Notes: generated from the sequence alone by a model not told the origin. 64,000 nt of DNA from Octopus vulgaris (GCA_951406725.2 OX597817.1:24180001-24244000), one strand, 5' to 3'; numbered from the stretch's first letter, positions 1 through 13,221 are shown. Numbers and translations: made by a program.

Positions 1-356
1 TCCGATCTAGAGCTAAAAAGCAATTAAATGATTATGTCATAGTTTTTATAAGTTTACTCAAGAGGAATGGTCTGTGTTTCAGGCATTTGTAGCACTTGGA
101 GACTGATGAAATCAATATCACTAATATTCTGCTTAAACTACTGCAAGTCCTGTACCAGGAATTCTAGAAGGTCAATATTCTGAGAAGAAATGTTTGGGTG
201 TATTGATTAATGAGGAGCCTAGAATGAGTTGATATGATATAAACTATGAGAGGAAGAATGAGTGGTGAAACTTAACTAAGGATCAGAATGAACAACTAGA
301 TTTTAGCAGAGTAAAATGAGGTAAGCAGAATTTTATACCTTGCAGAACTGCACAAA

Positions 357-590
357 ACGGTGGCCAGCTGGCAGAATCGTTAGCACGCCGGGCGAAATGC
401 TTAGCGATATTTCGTCTGCCATTACGTTCTGAGTTCAAATTCTGGCGAGATCGACTTTGCCATTCATCCTTTCAGGGTCGATAAATTAAGTACCAGTTAT
501 ACACTGGGGTTGATGTAATCGACTTAATTCCTTTGTCTGTCCTTGATTGTCCTCTTTGTGTGTGGCCCCTTGTGGGCAGTAAAGAAATAA
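357..590 (+). mobile_element. SINE family A (tRNA-derived head, tail type 1)
   Basis: A-box-like TGGCAGAATCGTTAG, B-box GAGTTCAAATT and central CATCCTTTCAGGGTCGATAAATTAAGTACCAG. About 12 related copies occur in the window. Confidence 0.85.
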
Positions 591-1299
591 GAATTGTACA
601 AAACAAGGAATGTAGCAGAGTTTGAACACATAATGCTTGAATCAGCTATCTATCCCTTCAAGCAAATAGGCAGTGTGAGCTTAATATAAAGGATAATATT
701 AAAATTCAATATCTGTTTTTCTGTTTGTGTTTATCTTAAATTTTGTGAAAACAATCCATTGCAGTACAAAAATGTTTTGATTAATATTCTCTTAAACACA
801 AGCCTTTTTGCCTAAAATCAACACAATTTTAAAATCAAAATAATTTTCCCTTCTTTCAAGGATGTGTGACAATAGAAGTAATGTACACATGCACAAATAA
901 ACATGCAAACTAAACATTTGAATACAGATGCTTACAAACACAAATATACACATTGAAAAGACAAATAATGTGCAAGATACGCATCTGATATTAGATGTAC
1001 ATGCACAAACACATAGTTACACGCACATGTAAAATTATCATAAATGGATACATTCATATGAAACAGATGCTCATCTAATAGTGAATGCACAGATACAAAC
1101 ATACAAATAAATACAAGAGCATACTTGCACACATAAATATGACCATTAACAAGATTTAGCCAAACAGACGAGGCACATAAGAACACATAAGTATATTGCA
1201 GTTAAGAAATGAACACATACAGAAGAATAGGATTAGCAATTGTTAACAAATATTTTGGGATTTAATTTCATTTTAAATGAATGTTATATTTTGTTTTGG

Positions 1300-1684
1300 A
1301 TGGAAGCACTCCATCAGTTACGATGATGAGGGCTCCGGTTGATCTAAATCAACGGAACAGCCTGCTCGTGAAATTAACGTGTAAGTGGCTGAGCACTCCA
1401 CAGACACGTGCACCCTTAACATAGTTCTCGGGGATATTCAGCGTGACACAGAGAGTGACAAGGCCGGCTCCTTGAAATACAGGCACAATAGAAACATGAA
1501 GTAAGAGTGAGAGAAAGCTGTGGTGAAAGAGTACAGCAGGGTTCGCCACCACCCCCTGCTGGAACCTCGTGGAGCTTTAGGTGTTTTCGCTCAATAAACA
1601 CTCACAACGCCTGGTCTGGGAATCGAAACCGCGATCCTATGACCGCGAGTCCGCTGCCCTAACCACCAGACCATTGTGCCTCCA
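1300..1684 (-). mobile_element. SINE family C (tRNA head, tail type 1)
   Basis: Reverse complement begins GGAGGCACAATGGTCTGGTGGTTAGGGCAGCGGACTCGCGGTC...GGTTTCGATTCCC (A/B boxes). Closely matches 55571-55899. Confidence 0.88.
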
Positions 1685-2039
1685 ATTTGTTTTATATACA
1701 TGCATAATGGTGCAAGAATGGGTGTGTGGTTGTGAAGCTGTTTTCCAACCACTTTGATTTGGATTCATTCCTTCTGAAGGGGACTTTGGGCAAGTGTTTA
1801 CTCTTCTGTAAACATGATTAAACAACTTCAAACTTCTAACATTCATGAATCCAAGAAGCACCTAGATATTTTACCCTTTACTATCCCAAACAAACCAACT
1901 TTATGGTAAGAAATGTAATTGAGATTAGTGACATTAAACTCCTTAATTTTCCAAAAGCAGACTACTGTACAAACAGTTCCAATTGCAAAAATGATGCCCC
2001 CAAATTCTCAGACGAACATTTTCCATCACTTTTCGAGAA

Positions 2040-2225
2040 TGGTAGCATGTAAAAGCATCCACTACGCTCTCGGAGTGGTTGGTGTTGGGAAGGGCATCCA
2101 GCTGTAGAAACTCAGCCAGATCAAGATTGGAGCCTGGTGCAGCCATCTGGTTCGCCAACCCTCAGTCAAATCGTCCAACCCATACTAGCTTGGAAGGTGG
2201 AAGTTAAACAATGATGATGATGATG
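2040..2225 (+). mobile_element. Family D retroposon 3' part (RTE-type tail ending in (ATG)n)
   Basis: GGAGTGGTTGGTGTTGGGAAGGGCATCCAGCTGTAGAAA...CGTCCAACCCAT...GTTAAACAATGATGATG, shared with several other copies. Confidence 0.8.
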
Positions 2226-4199
2226 TGTATCTAGGAGTAAACAAAATGCAAGTGTGTGATTTGGAGGAAGTTTTGCTTTTATATCTAGCAGGTCAAACAA
2301 TTACGTAAAAACTTGAGGTTCTTTTGGAATAATGTATTATCTATGTATATTTTATAATTCATGCTATTTTATCCTTATTCCTTACAGGTATGATATATAT
2401 AGTGAAGACTCAAAAGAGTATAGACTATGAAAGACACAAAAACATATATATTTTAAGTAATGTACCATTAGTTCTTAGGGTGTTTTTTAATTCTTCCTTC
2501 ATGTATCTAAAATAATTTTGTTATATTTTAAAATCAGCAATAGGTGGATATCTTTTGTTGACTTTTAGCCTTAGATTATAAGATGTGTCTTGGTGAAAGG
2601 CGTGATATTTATGATGCATCTGGTAAGCAAAAATTGTTTTAGTGTGTTAGAAGCATAGATCATAATTTATATTTTGAAACAATAGAAATACAAATACTGC
2701 TGATCTGTGTCCTAAAAATGAGTAATATATTTTCTTTTGGAAATGGATGTTTTCTTTGGTTTCCAAATGCTAAAACGAAATGACAAGACAAAATGAAATT
2801 GATATATATTTTATCCATTCTAGCAAGATCAAAGGCAAAATCGACCCTAGAGAAATCTGAAATCATTGATTCTGTGGTTGTCATTCATCCTTGAATAATT
2901 TACGGTAAAACTCATCTCAAATGTAGAATTCTTGAAACAGTGATAATCAAACTTACCTCAAAACGACAACATTAAGAACATTGACTTTAATATTGATTCA
3001 CACACATAAACACAACTGCACACACAAACATAATTATATGCATAAACATGGTTGCACACAGAGGCACAGCTATGCAAACAAACATTATTGAACACTGAAA
3101 TACAACTCCACACTTAATCACATACTCACATTTAAACACACATATAGAAGATGATATAATTTCTAGAGTTTCGAATATGTATGTTGAGAAATTTCTGAGA
3201 TGTATTTCACTGATATTTGGAAGAAATTAAAAATTTACTGTTCGGATGTTAGCATCAAAACTTTGATGTGAATATAGCAAATCATTTCCTATTGAATTAT
3301 ACAAAGAAGTTGTCATCATTGTATAAAGATATCATGATTTCCAAAATATAAAAGTTTACAAGACACCAACAGTTCATAGTTTTAGTTTCTAGTGTTTAGA
3401 ATCTTTTCAAGTGCTCAAATTACATATGGATTAATCTTTGCCAATGGCTAGTTAAATAATTCCTTACACAAAACAACTACTATTTGGTAACTTTAGAAAT
3501 ATTTTAAAAACCATTGAAATAATTGCAATAAAGTTATGCAACAGGATACAGTTGCATATAATAATTTAAATTTTACAATATTTTTTTCTCTTTATTTGTT
3601 GTATTATATTATATTCCATAGTTTGGAAAATATTGAAATGAAATACAAGAAACAAAATGTCGAAATTAGAAAGCAAAAGAAATAACAAAGAAGCAAAGAG
3701 CAAATAAACAAAACTAAATAAAAAAATTAAAAGTGAGAATTATTTTTCAATCTTTGCAATTAGTGGTTGTGGTGAAACTTTAAATGGTGCTCAAATTAAC
3801 CATTAACAAGACGAGAATATTTTGCAATGAAAATTTAGACAACATGATAATTCAACAAGCTGGCAGCAAGCATAGATTCAGTGGCTAAATGTCATTCATG
3901 TAGTATTTATAAATAATGAATAATTCTATCTATATACAACAGTGGATCAAAGATTGCATTTAAAAAAAAAAATTACACTTCTATCATTTGAATGCCATGG
4001 GAATAACAGAAAATGAAATGGAACAAATTGTTCTTTGTTTCTGCACAGACAATGTTGATTTTAAAATATAAATTTTATGATTTGGAAACAAAATTTCATC
4101 TGAGAAAATCTGGTTGCCAATATGTCCTTTGTTGATCTAACTAAACACATCATACTGTCGAGGTTGAAAAGCAAAAGTCTGAGAATTTGTACAGTTAAT

Positions 4200-4745
4200 G
4201 TACCCTGGTGACCTATTTCTTGTAGTTAAATCTGTTGGAGATTTATGGAAGAAAATGCAAATTTAGAAGCAAACTCTAGAACTGAGAGACCACCGAGTAA
4301 AATTAGTAAAGATAAAGAGTAACATATGTGGAAGAAAAGAAGACTGGAGTTTACTATCATCAGAGAAATAACTGTAATCAATATGCAGAAAAGATGCTGG
4401 TTGTAATTTTATATATTGACAGTGAAGAAGTGTAGTGAGATCATAAACAGATTGTCAGAGAAAGTAAAGTTCGTATATGGCAGGTGTACAAAAGTAGTTA
4501 GTAGCATAAATACATGGGAAATATACTTTGAATGCTGAGAAGGTCCTTAGCTGTGAAGATGGGTGTTTAGAAAGTATAGTTGACAATTTAGATGCAGGTT
4601 AGAAATCTTTAGGAAAATATTTCTCTACTAGTAACAAAAGGCTTCTCTCTCAGAAGGAAATGCAGATGGTATGGTGCTGGGTTTTGAAAGCAGAGAATCT
4701 GCAAAGACTAGAAAGAAAGGAAACATTCTTCATTGGATATTTACC
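4200..4745 (+). mobile_element. Highly decayed RTE-clade LINE fragment
   Basis: Patchy similarity to 43410-44290 and 33540-34207, e.g. CTACTAGTAACAAAAGGCTTCTCTCTCAGA (LLVTKGFSLR). Confidence 0.55.
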
Positions 4746-4772
4746 AATTATGTTTTTAAGTGTCACAATAGA

Positions 4773-4985
4773 AGGTGGCAAGCTGGCAGAATAATTAGCA
4801 AGCTGGGCAAAATGCTTAGCAGTATTTCACTTGACACTATGTTCTGAGTTCAAATTCTGCGAAGGTTAACGTTGCCTTTCCTCTTTTCGGAGTTGATAAA
4901 TTAAGTACCAGTGAAACACTGGGATCAAAGTAATTGACTTATCTCCTCCTCCAAAATGCCTGCACTTGTGGTAAAATTTTAAACT
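4773..4985 (+). mobile_element. SINE family A (tail type 3)
   Basis: Family A head and core, with a tail ending ...TTGTGGTAAAATTTTAAAC. Confidence 0.8.
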
Positions 4986-5330
4986 GTTATTAACTGTCAC
5001 AGTTTTTTTTTGTCATGTTCATTGTAACAATTTGGAAAATGACAATAGAAACTGTGTGGACATATTCACAAATTGCTGATGCAGACGAAAGCATCTACTT
5101 GTGAAAAGTATGTGAACAAGAAAGTATAATTCCGAACAAACATAATCGTTTTGAGGCTTTAAAGAAACCAAAAATTGTTTTGAGGTAATATGACTGGTGG
5201 TCCAATGCTTATACATTGTGTCATAACTCTATAACACCATTTAGAAACCTTTTAAAAAGCAATAATTCAAAATATACAGAAAGCAATTTAAAATGCTTGA
5301 GTGTCGAGATTGATTTTGCATCTCTTTGTA

Positions 5331-5332
<2 letters not shown>

Positions 5333-5363
<31 letters not shown>

Positions 5364-5605
5364 GTCGTCGTTTAACGTCCGCTTTCCATGCTAGCATGGG
5401 TTGGACGGTTCAACTGGGGTCTGGGAAGCCCGAAGGCTGCACCAGGCCAGTCAGATCTGGCAGTATTTCTACAGCTGGATGCCCTTCCTAATGCCAATCA
5501 CTCCGTGAGTGTAGTAGGTGCTTTTTATGTACCACCAACACAGGTGCCAGACGAGGCTGGCAAACGGCCACGATTGGATGGTGTTTTTTATGTGCCACCG
5601 ACACA
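5333..5605 (-). mobile_element. Family D retroposon
   Basis: (CAT)n CGTTTAACGTCCGCTTTCCATGCTAGCATGGGTTGGACGG...CAGCTGGATGCCCTTCC. Confidence 0.85.
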
Positions 5606-6407
5606 TAAAAAAAGAAAAAAAGAAAATATAGTGAAGTTAAATATTTTTCATTTGATGTGTTTTTGAATGAAGATAATGCATCTTATCATTTGCAGTCTCT
5701 ATAAAAATCACTATCTAAAGGTTATAGTAATGTTTACATTGCCAAATACTATGCTACATTTGCAAACAAATGGATCAAAACTTCATTGCATTATTTAAAA
5801 GGAATTATCTTTAACATGAATTTGTTCAGTTGATACATGCTTTTGGTTTGGAAGGGGATCCATCACAAGCAGAATTTTGGAAATCATTCAATTTTCTAGG
5901 CACTATGAAAAAATTGAAATGAACCTGGAAGAAAGTAATAATGAAAATATGGTAAATATTTGGAACAAATTATAACCACAATTTATTTATAATTTTGGAG
6001 GACTGCTCAAAATGGAAGAGAAGCAATTGTTGATTTTCACTTGCATCTTTAGAAGTACCAAGAATTACAAATAGATGAGACATGTTTTTTATGAAGACCA
6101 AAGAAGACATGGGTCAAAGAGTTTTTGAGTGATCTCAAGATATTGCACCTCATGATGTACATGACAAAGAACCTTAAAAATTGGTAACATAATACTAACC
6201 TTGTAAGTATGGCATAATGTACGTTAAAATCAATATATAGGGGTAACAAGAAGGGTTCAAAACGGCAGAAAGAGTAGCAGGAAGACATTCAGCAGGCCAA
6301 CAATTGGTGAAAATAGGTCTAACTAGAACACTTCCATTATCTTCCACATTGTACTTCTTTGAGTTTTACATTTATTCATGCAGAAATTTCTTGTAATATA
6401 ATATAAA

Positions 6408-6792
6408 CTAGAAAAGCATTCAGAGAGTACAGACCTCTGCCAAGTTCATTTTAAGATACTAATAGAGAAACGAAAATAAACTTTGGAAATAGCAACACCC
6501 CCATAGGTTACGTGGAAACAATGAACTATTTTCAAGGGAGATAATCAAAGAACGTAACATTGTAATACTTCATGTAATGTAAATATAACAAAAGAAATAT
6601 CCTTCAAGAATCCATACAAATTCCTGGATCACTACCAAAATTTCATCATCTGTTCCTTGTGTCATTACCAACGTTTCTTGCAAGTTTCATCAAATACCGT
6701 TTACAACTTTTTGAGTTATTTTGCACACAGACTGACAGATGGACAAACCAACGCCGATGAAAACATAACCTCCTTCCTTGGTAGAAGTAATA
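6408..6792 (-). mobile_element. HINE / DINE-1-like non-autonomous Helentron
   Basis: Subterminal inverted repeats (ACCTCTGCCAAG...CTTGGTAGAAGT), internal ACAG/CTGT repeats and a CTAGTT end with short hairpin. Related to 39385-39760. Confidence 0.65.
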
Positions 6793-6986
6793 AGCATTGT
6801 ACATATGTAATACATAAATAATTGTTTATTATGTAAGGAAACACATGGTCATTTTTGTATAGAATGCAACTGCTTATGTGATTACCAATGACATAACATC
6901 CAATTTAGCATTTATTTTTCCACAATTAACTTGTAAATTTTTATTTTTGTAATCATTAAAACAGATCATTAAACCAAGTATTGATA

Positions 6987-7185
6987 TATAACGGGAAGGT
7001 TTACGAAAATAAACAAAAGACGAAGGCAGGTGGAGTACAAACAAACAAATGTATTGGTATGGCACTCAGGAAAAGAAATAGAACAAGTCTTTTACATTTC
7101 GTGCCTACGCTCTTCAACAGAAAGATACACAGAAAAGAAACAAGGAGAGAAACAAGGAGAGAAAAAAATGCGTGTAAGAGCTAAC
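6987..7185 (-). mobile_element. Penelope-like terminal repeat fragment with decayed hammerhead-like motif
   Basis: Near-identical to 25955-26150, which lies downstream of a GIY-YIG relic. Reverse complement has CTGTTGAAGAGCGTAGGCACGAAATGTAAAAGA. Confidence 0.7.
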
Positions 7186-8266
7186 GGTCCATTATGGCAT
7201 ATACATCTTTATGTAATCATATATGTGCATGCATGTGTATGCACAAGCACATGCAAACACAAACACACATGCATGTGCATGCACACACACACACACAAGC
7301 ATTATTCACATGCATAGAGGTTTATCATAATTTTCAAAGTTGAACTCACGAACTGTGAATATCACACAAAATCTTAGGAATTGCAGCATTTGGGTTAGTA
7401 TTAAGTTAAGGTACAGCTAACTTCCTCTTCCTACAAACCAAGGATTCTGGGAGGTATTTTATTGCTAATATACTAATTCAAGTGTATGCTTTCATTTTAT
7501 ATGAAGGCAGTTCCTTACAAGTGTTGATGTAGTGGTACATGTGAGCCAGTGGGGCATATGATCTATCATTATCACTTACAGTAAGCAGCTGAGAGAAAGA
7601 AAAAGGGACCAAATGATGTGCAGAGCAACTATTCTTTCCTTGAAAGCTCAAGTAAGCAAAATATTATCAAGTAGAACAGTTGTGTTTAAAAATAAATTAA
7701 ACTTAACATGAGTTCATTGCCATTTTCTGTTGCCAATTGTCTTTCTCTTTTGTAACATCTCATTAAGAAATTCATTGTCTTTGTTAATTTTGTCAAAAAA
7801 TTTTAAGCAGTTTTGTGAGATATTTATTTCAGTTAATAAAATCCTTCTGGGTATAAATTTTACCATAAAGACTCTTCTAACTACAGATTACTCATGACAG
7901 AAAACTCTTGTGCAGCTCATTCCAGTATAGCAGGTAAACAAAGAATACATCCTTCTACGTAATTATGGCTTTTTACTAAGTTGTACTTTTCATTGTAAAG
8001 AGAAAAAATTGTGCAACTTGTCTTCATATCTAAATTTTATGCTGTCAAACTTAGGCTCTGGAAGCCCAAAAGTTCTTTGTTATGACAAATTCATCAATAA
8101 CTGATCACATTTACTATTTACCTTCCAACTGTTTGGTTTATCTGAATACTTTCTATATTTTTCAGAGCTTTACATTATCTTCAAGCTTTCACGGGTACAA
8201 TTTTGCAATCAAAGTATTTTTGTGGTTCTATATTTGTAATCAGGTTTTGCATTTCTAGTTTGTTAC

Positions 8267-8324
8267 CTGCCGTGTTAGTAATGTTCTTCTCAATGACCAG
8301 AATCAATTTGTTGAAATAGTTCTG
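8267..8324 (-). other. Candidate exon (weak)
   Basis: TAGCAG acceptor and CAG|GTAACA donor. Open frame (Q)NYFNKLILVIEKNITNTA. Confidence 0.25.
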
Positions 8325-8768
8325 CTATGAACAAACTATAAATGGATTTCTCCGAAATCATTTACGAAGAATTGTTTAATGAGTTCGAGACAACGAACAT
8401 GGGAACAAAAGTAGGATTTCAAGGAAGAAGAAATAAAAAGAATGCTTTCAACTGTTAGAAGCATTGACAAAAAGCTAGTATTACTATGCTGTAATAACAT
8501 TTTGTATTCAACTCAAGTAAAGTTATAGAATCCTTTTAGCTGCATTATACAAACTATGTATATGTGAAAATATTTGAAAATTTTCACAATAAATACATTG
8601 GTATCAATTTTCAATACATTAACAGCTGCTTAGAGACAGTTGTACACAATGTATTAACCAAAACCAATGCTGTGACATTGGTGTTGGCACTGGGAGATAT
8701 GTAGTCAATGTTTTCACAGTATAAGTGGAATAAATAATTCAAATTCCACCTAAGAGAGACAGCCATAC

Positions 8769-8838
8769 CTCAAGCAATATACTCTTGTTATGTTGGTGAT
8801 ATAACCAATGCTGTTGGAACCTGTCTGCAAGATGACAT
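8769..8838 (-). other. Candidate 70-nt exon
   Basis: TTTTTGTATTTCTCAG acceptor and GAG|GTATGG donor. Two frames are open; sequence is non-repetitive. Confidence 0.35.
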
Positions 8839-9391
8839 CTGAGAAATACAAAAACATGCTAAGGAAAAGAACTAACATACAGCAAATCCCTAGCATTAAA
8901 ACATGACAATTGTTTACTAATCTATCCCCCAATAAATGGGCATCAGTCCTATTAGTTCTGCTGTATCAACAAAGTAAGGGTAAAAAGAAATATGTCCCAT
9001 GTGTGTGTCCATGCTGCAAACTGAAAATACACACACAGGATGTCGTTCATTGCTTGCAGTTCTTTGGATATTGTTAATGAGATTGGATGAGGATATGTAG
9101 AGGAGTCAGAAAAGGTCTGAAACCATCTTAAGCAGTATTAATAATAATAACAACAACAATCATCTTCCTTATCAGCTTAGTAGCTCATACAAATCATTCT
9201 TATCTTCATCATCAATAGGATTCTTCTGTATGTTTATTGAAACTGTGGTACCTACAAGCCATGATGTTCAAAAAAGTCAAATTAGTTTTCTGTTTTGTTG
9301 AATTAAGTAAATCTTTATCTCTTTGTCTATTTATCTCTATTATCAAAGATAAGCTATCTCTAGTTTACATTCTGCCTATTTCCAAGATAAC

Positions 9392-9551
9392 GTTCAGGTG
9401 TGACTGCGTGGTGAAAAAGCTTGATTTCTAACCATACGATCTGTTTCAGTTCCCCTGTGTGCCATCGTGAGCAAATGCCATCCACTATAACCCCAGGCTG
9501 ACCAAACTGTTGAGAGTGGATTTGGCTGACAGACACTGAAAGAAGCCCATC

Positions 9552-9592
<41 letters not shown>

Positions 9593-9601
9593 AAGAGATA
9601 G

Positions 9602-9633
<32 letters not shown>

Positions 9634-9690
9634 ACGCATGTCTTGCATGTAAGTGTGTGTGTGTGTGAGAGTGTGTGTGTGTGTGTGTAT
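9392..9690 (+). mobile_element. SINE family B, 5' part
   Basis: Diverged tRNA head and core up to ACTGAAAGAAGCCC, followed by (TA)/(GA)/(TG) microsatellite. Confidence 0.7.
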
Positions 9691-10134
9691 GAGACAGTTA
9701 TGTGACTGGTCCCTGATTATCTCTTGGATATCTATAACATTGCCTAAAGAATTCTCTTCATCTTACTCAGCCATTCCATTGGTTACCTTTCAACAAGTGG
9801 TGACTTCCAATATTTGGTTAAAATAACACTCACACATACAGGGGAAAATATATTATGTTCAGGTTTAGAACATCTGATCTGTACAGTATGAGCATATGGT
9901 TCTGCCTTCCACCCTATTGCCCTTTCCAAGTTCATCTCTGAAGTCTCTACTCTTTCGCTTCTTTAGTAACAACTATTTCAGACCTATGTCATAAAAACAT
10001 TTCATGTGTACATAAACTCCTATATACAAGTCTGTATGTGTATCTCCAGACATATATATGTTCATGTGATTTTAACTGAATACCTCTTAGAGTGATTGTT
10101 TAATGCTTTAAGCCTACCTTCCAAACATTCTAAA

Positions 10135-10526
10135 TCTCTCTGTATATAAAGCTGAAGTTGTCTGTGTATAGCAGGTTTGGAAGCCTTCAACTAACACTAT
10201 CTCCTCTGAGACCCAGCGGCGCAAGTTGACCAAAATTGAGGGTATGATAGAAGAAGGCTTGTTCTTCCTTCCGTAGAAGAAAAAATTCAAATAGGACCGT
10301 GTTAACACCAAAAATTATTTACATCAAAAAGGTGCTTTTTTTCTATGAAAATCCCAATTTTTTACGATTTTTTGACTGCTGTGTCACCATTTTTCGGTGC
10401 ATTTCAACCAGAAAAATGTTCACTTAAAGAGAATAACAAGCTACATAATGCAAAATCTTTACTTTTCAAAAATTGCAATTCTAAAGGGTCGAAACAAACC
10501 CGAGCAACGCCGGGTGATACTGCTAG
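10135..10526 (+). mobile_element. Non-autonomous Helitron
   Basis: A|TC 5' end, 3' hairpin CCCGAGCAACGCCGGG, then CTAG|T. An inverted second copy lies at 52119-52511. Confidence 0.8.
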
Positions 10527-10971
10527 TTAAGAATATTTATGGATATCCTCCTACCTATAGCACTTGGTTCAGCTACTGCTCTCACTTCCCTATTCAGTTC
10601 TTAGCTTCTTCCATCTTATTTCATTTGGTGTCACATTCACAAACACATTCTGACCTTACCCATTTTACTCTTGAGATTACTACTACTGATTGTAAATGAA
10701 GGAATTTATATCTGCCTTTTACTTAAATACTTTGAAATAGCTTTCTGGATATGCTAGTCTTTATATCCTACTTTTGTTGCTCTCCATTTTCTTTCCTTAA
10801 TCACATGAACATTATCTTCTCCTTCTGCTTGGTTCCTTATATTTTCCCTCTCTGACTGGAGCTGATAATTTCCAATAAGAATGAAATGGCTCTATACATG
10901 ATTACCAAAGACTGAAAATTTTAAGATATTCATAATTTGTAGAGAAACACAAAAACACAATTGATTATATA

Positions 10972-11368
10972 TAGGCGCAAGAGTGACTGTGTAGTAAGTA
11001 GCTAGCTTACCAACCAGATGGTGTACCTTGGGCAAGTGTCTTCTACTATAGCCTCGGGCTAACCAAAGCCTTGTGAGTGGATTTGTTAGATGGAAACTGA
11101 AAGAAGCCCGTCGTATATATGTATATATAAATATATTTGTATGTGTGTGTATATGTTTGTGTGTCTGTGTTTGTCCCCCACCCAACATTGCTTGACAACC
11201 GATACTGGTGTGTTTATGTCCCCGTCACTTAGCAGTTCGGCAAAAGAGACCGATAGAATAAGTACTAGGCTTATGAAGAATAAATCCTGTGGTCGATTTT
11301 CTCAACTAAAGGCGGTGCTCTAGCTTGGCTGCAGTCAAATGACTGAAACAAGTAAAAGAGTAAAAGAA
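10972..11368 (+). mobile_element. SINE family B (tRNA head, CORE-like ACCTTGGGCAAGTG, internal microsatellite)
   Basis: GGCGCAAGAGTGACTGTGTAGTAAG head; tail ...ATGACTGAAACAAGTAAAAGAGTAAAAG. About 14 copies occur in the window. Confidence 0.88.
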
Positions 11369-11875
11369 TATATATAAATATTCCATGTATCATCTTATTG
11401 CTCTCACAGTAAGTAACCACCAGAGAACACCCCGATTTTTAGCTGCCTTTTTATTTATCTTAATTTCACACCATTTCTCACTCCCTTGTTAACTTTCCCT
11501 TCCTCCCTCTCTCTCTTTCTTTCTCTCTCCCTCTCCCACTCAGTCTTCTCCTGTCACTCACATCATCAAACCCTACACCATTCCTTCACATCAATTGATT
11601 CCCCACTTGTCTACAACTAAAGAAACAACATTACTTTCACTTTCAGTTTCTTCAAATAAACAGCAACGATCACAAGTATTAGATTTTTCAATTGTCATGG
11701 TAATCATTCATATCAAACTCGTCAACTCAGTTCCCCTGTGACTATCAAATATCTTACTTATTGTCACACCAGTACTAAATTCATCACACACTAATTACTG
11801 GTATCACAATCATTGCGTTGACTGATCCTTCTTTCTATTACTTTCTAGTTCTTCTTACTCCAGATTTATTTACTT

Positions 11876-12039
11876 AGGAGTGACTGTGTGGTAAGTAGCT
11901 TGCTTACGAACTACATAGTTTCTGGTTTAGTCCCACTGTGCGGCACCATGGGTAAGTGTCTTCTACTATAGCCTTGGGCCGACCAAAACCTAGTGAGTGG
12001 ATTTGGTAGATGGAAACTGAAAGAAGCTCGTCGTATATA

Positions 12040-12086
<47 letters not shown>

Positions 12087-12370
12087 ATGTGTGTATATGT
12101 TTGTGTGTCTGTGTATGTATATATATATATATGTGTGTGTGTGAGTGTGTGTATATGTTTGTGTGTCTGTGTTTGTCCCCGAACATTGCTTGACAACCGA
12201 TGCTGGTGTTTTTACGTCCCTGTAACTTAGCGGCTTGGCAAAAGAGACCGATAGAATAAGTACTAGGCTTACAAAGAATAAGTCCCGGGGTCGATGTGCT
12301 CGACTAAAAGCAGTGTTCCAGCATGGCCACAGTCAAATGACTGAAAACAAGTAAAAGAGTAAAAGAGTAA
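11876..12370 (+). mobile_element. SINE family B
   Basis: Full head, internal (TA)n/(TG)n and (GTAAAAGA)n tail. Confidence 0.88.
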
Positions 12371-12419
12371 AGGAAAGTCTGAAGAGAATAACTTTTGCAA
12401 TGTATACAACAAGAAAGAC

Positions 12420-13180
12420 ATTTTCATCATCATCATCATCATCATCACCATCATCATAATCATCATCCTCATCATCATCAACATCATTATCATCATCATC
12501 ATCATCATCATCAACATCATCTTCCTCATCATCATCATCATCATCATTATCATCATTATCATCATCATCATCACCAAGAAGAAGAACAACAGAAGCAGCA
12601 GCAGCATCTTGAACAACAAAAGCAGAAGCAGCCTCAACAACATCACCATCATGAATATTGAAATCAGTATCAATATTTTTGAAGTCCAACCACTGCTTAC
12701 AATGATGATGATGATGATCATGATCATGATCTTTTGCAACAGCAAAAGCAGTAGTAGCCACAGTGACACAAACAATTATTATTGTTGTTGCTGTTGTTGT
12801 TTTTTGCTGTTCTTGTTGCAGTTCTTGTTGATAATTTTCTTGGCAGCCCCGCTATCATTATCCACCCAAATAACACCAACACCATTTTCAGTACCAACAA
12901 GTCTACTAATTACTGCCGTTATATATTCTCCATCATCATCCTGATTCACAAATGCCAACACTCCCAATACGACCAAAACTTTGCCCTCCTACTCTTCCTC
13001 CTCTTTCTCCTTTCCCTCCTCCTCCTCCTTCCTTTTTTCTCTTTATTAACATCATCATCATCATCATCATCATCATCAGCTACATCATCTCGCTCCCTGC
13101 ACAACTATATCATCGTTTGTTATGATTGTTGTTGACGATGTTGTCTGTTGTTTATTCCTAACCATTTCCCCCGACATCAT

Positions 13181-13221
<41 letters not shown>

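Noticed and set aside
2388-2621. Plus-strand splice-like signals (CCTTACAG acceptor at 2387, CTG|GTAAGC donor at 2621)
   Set aside because: No consistent reading frame or chain of exons could be built.
8342-8458. Small plus-strand ORF MDFSEIIYEELFNEFETTNMGTK...
   Set aside because: 38 codons with no supporting context, within chance expectation.
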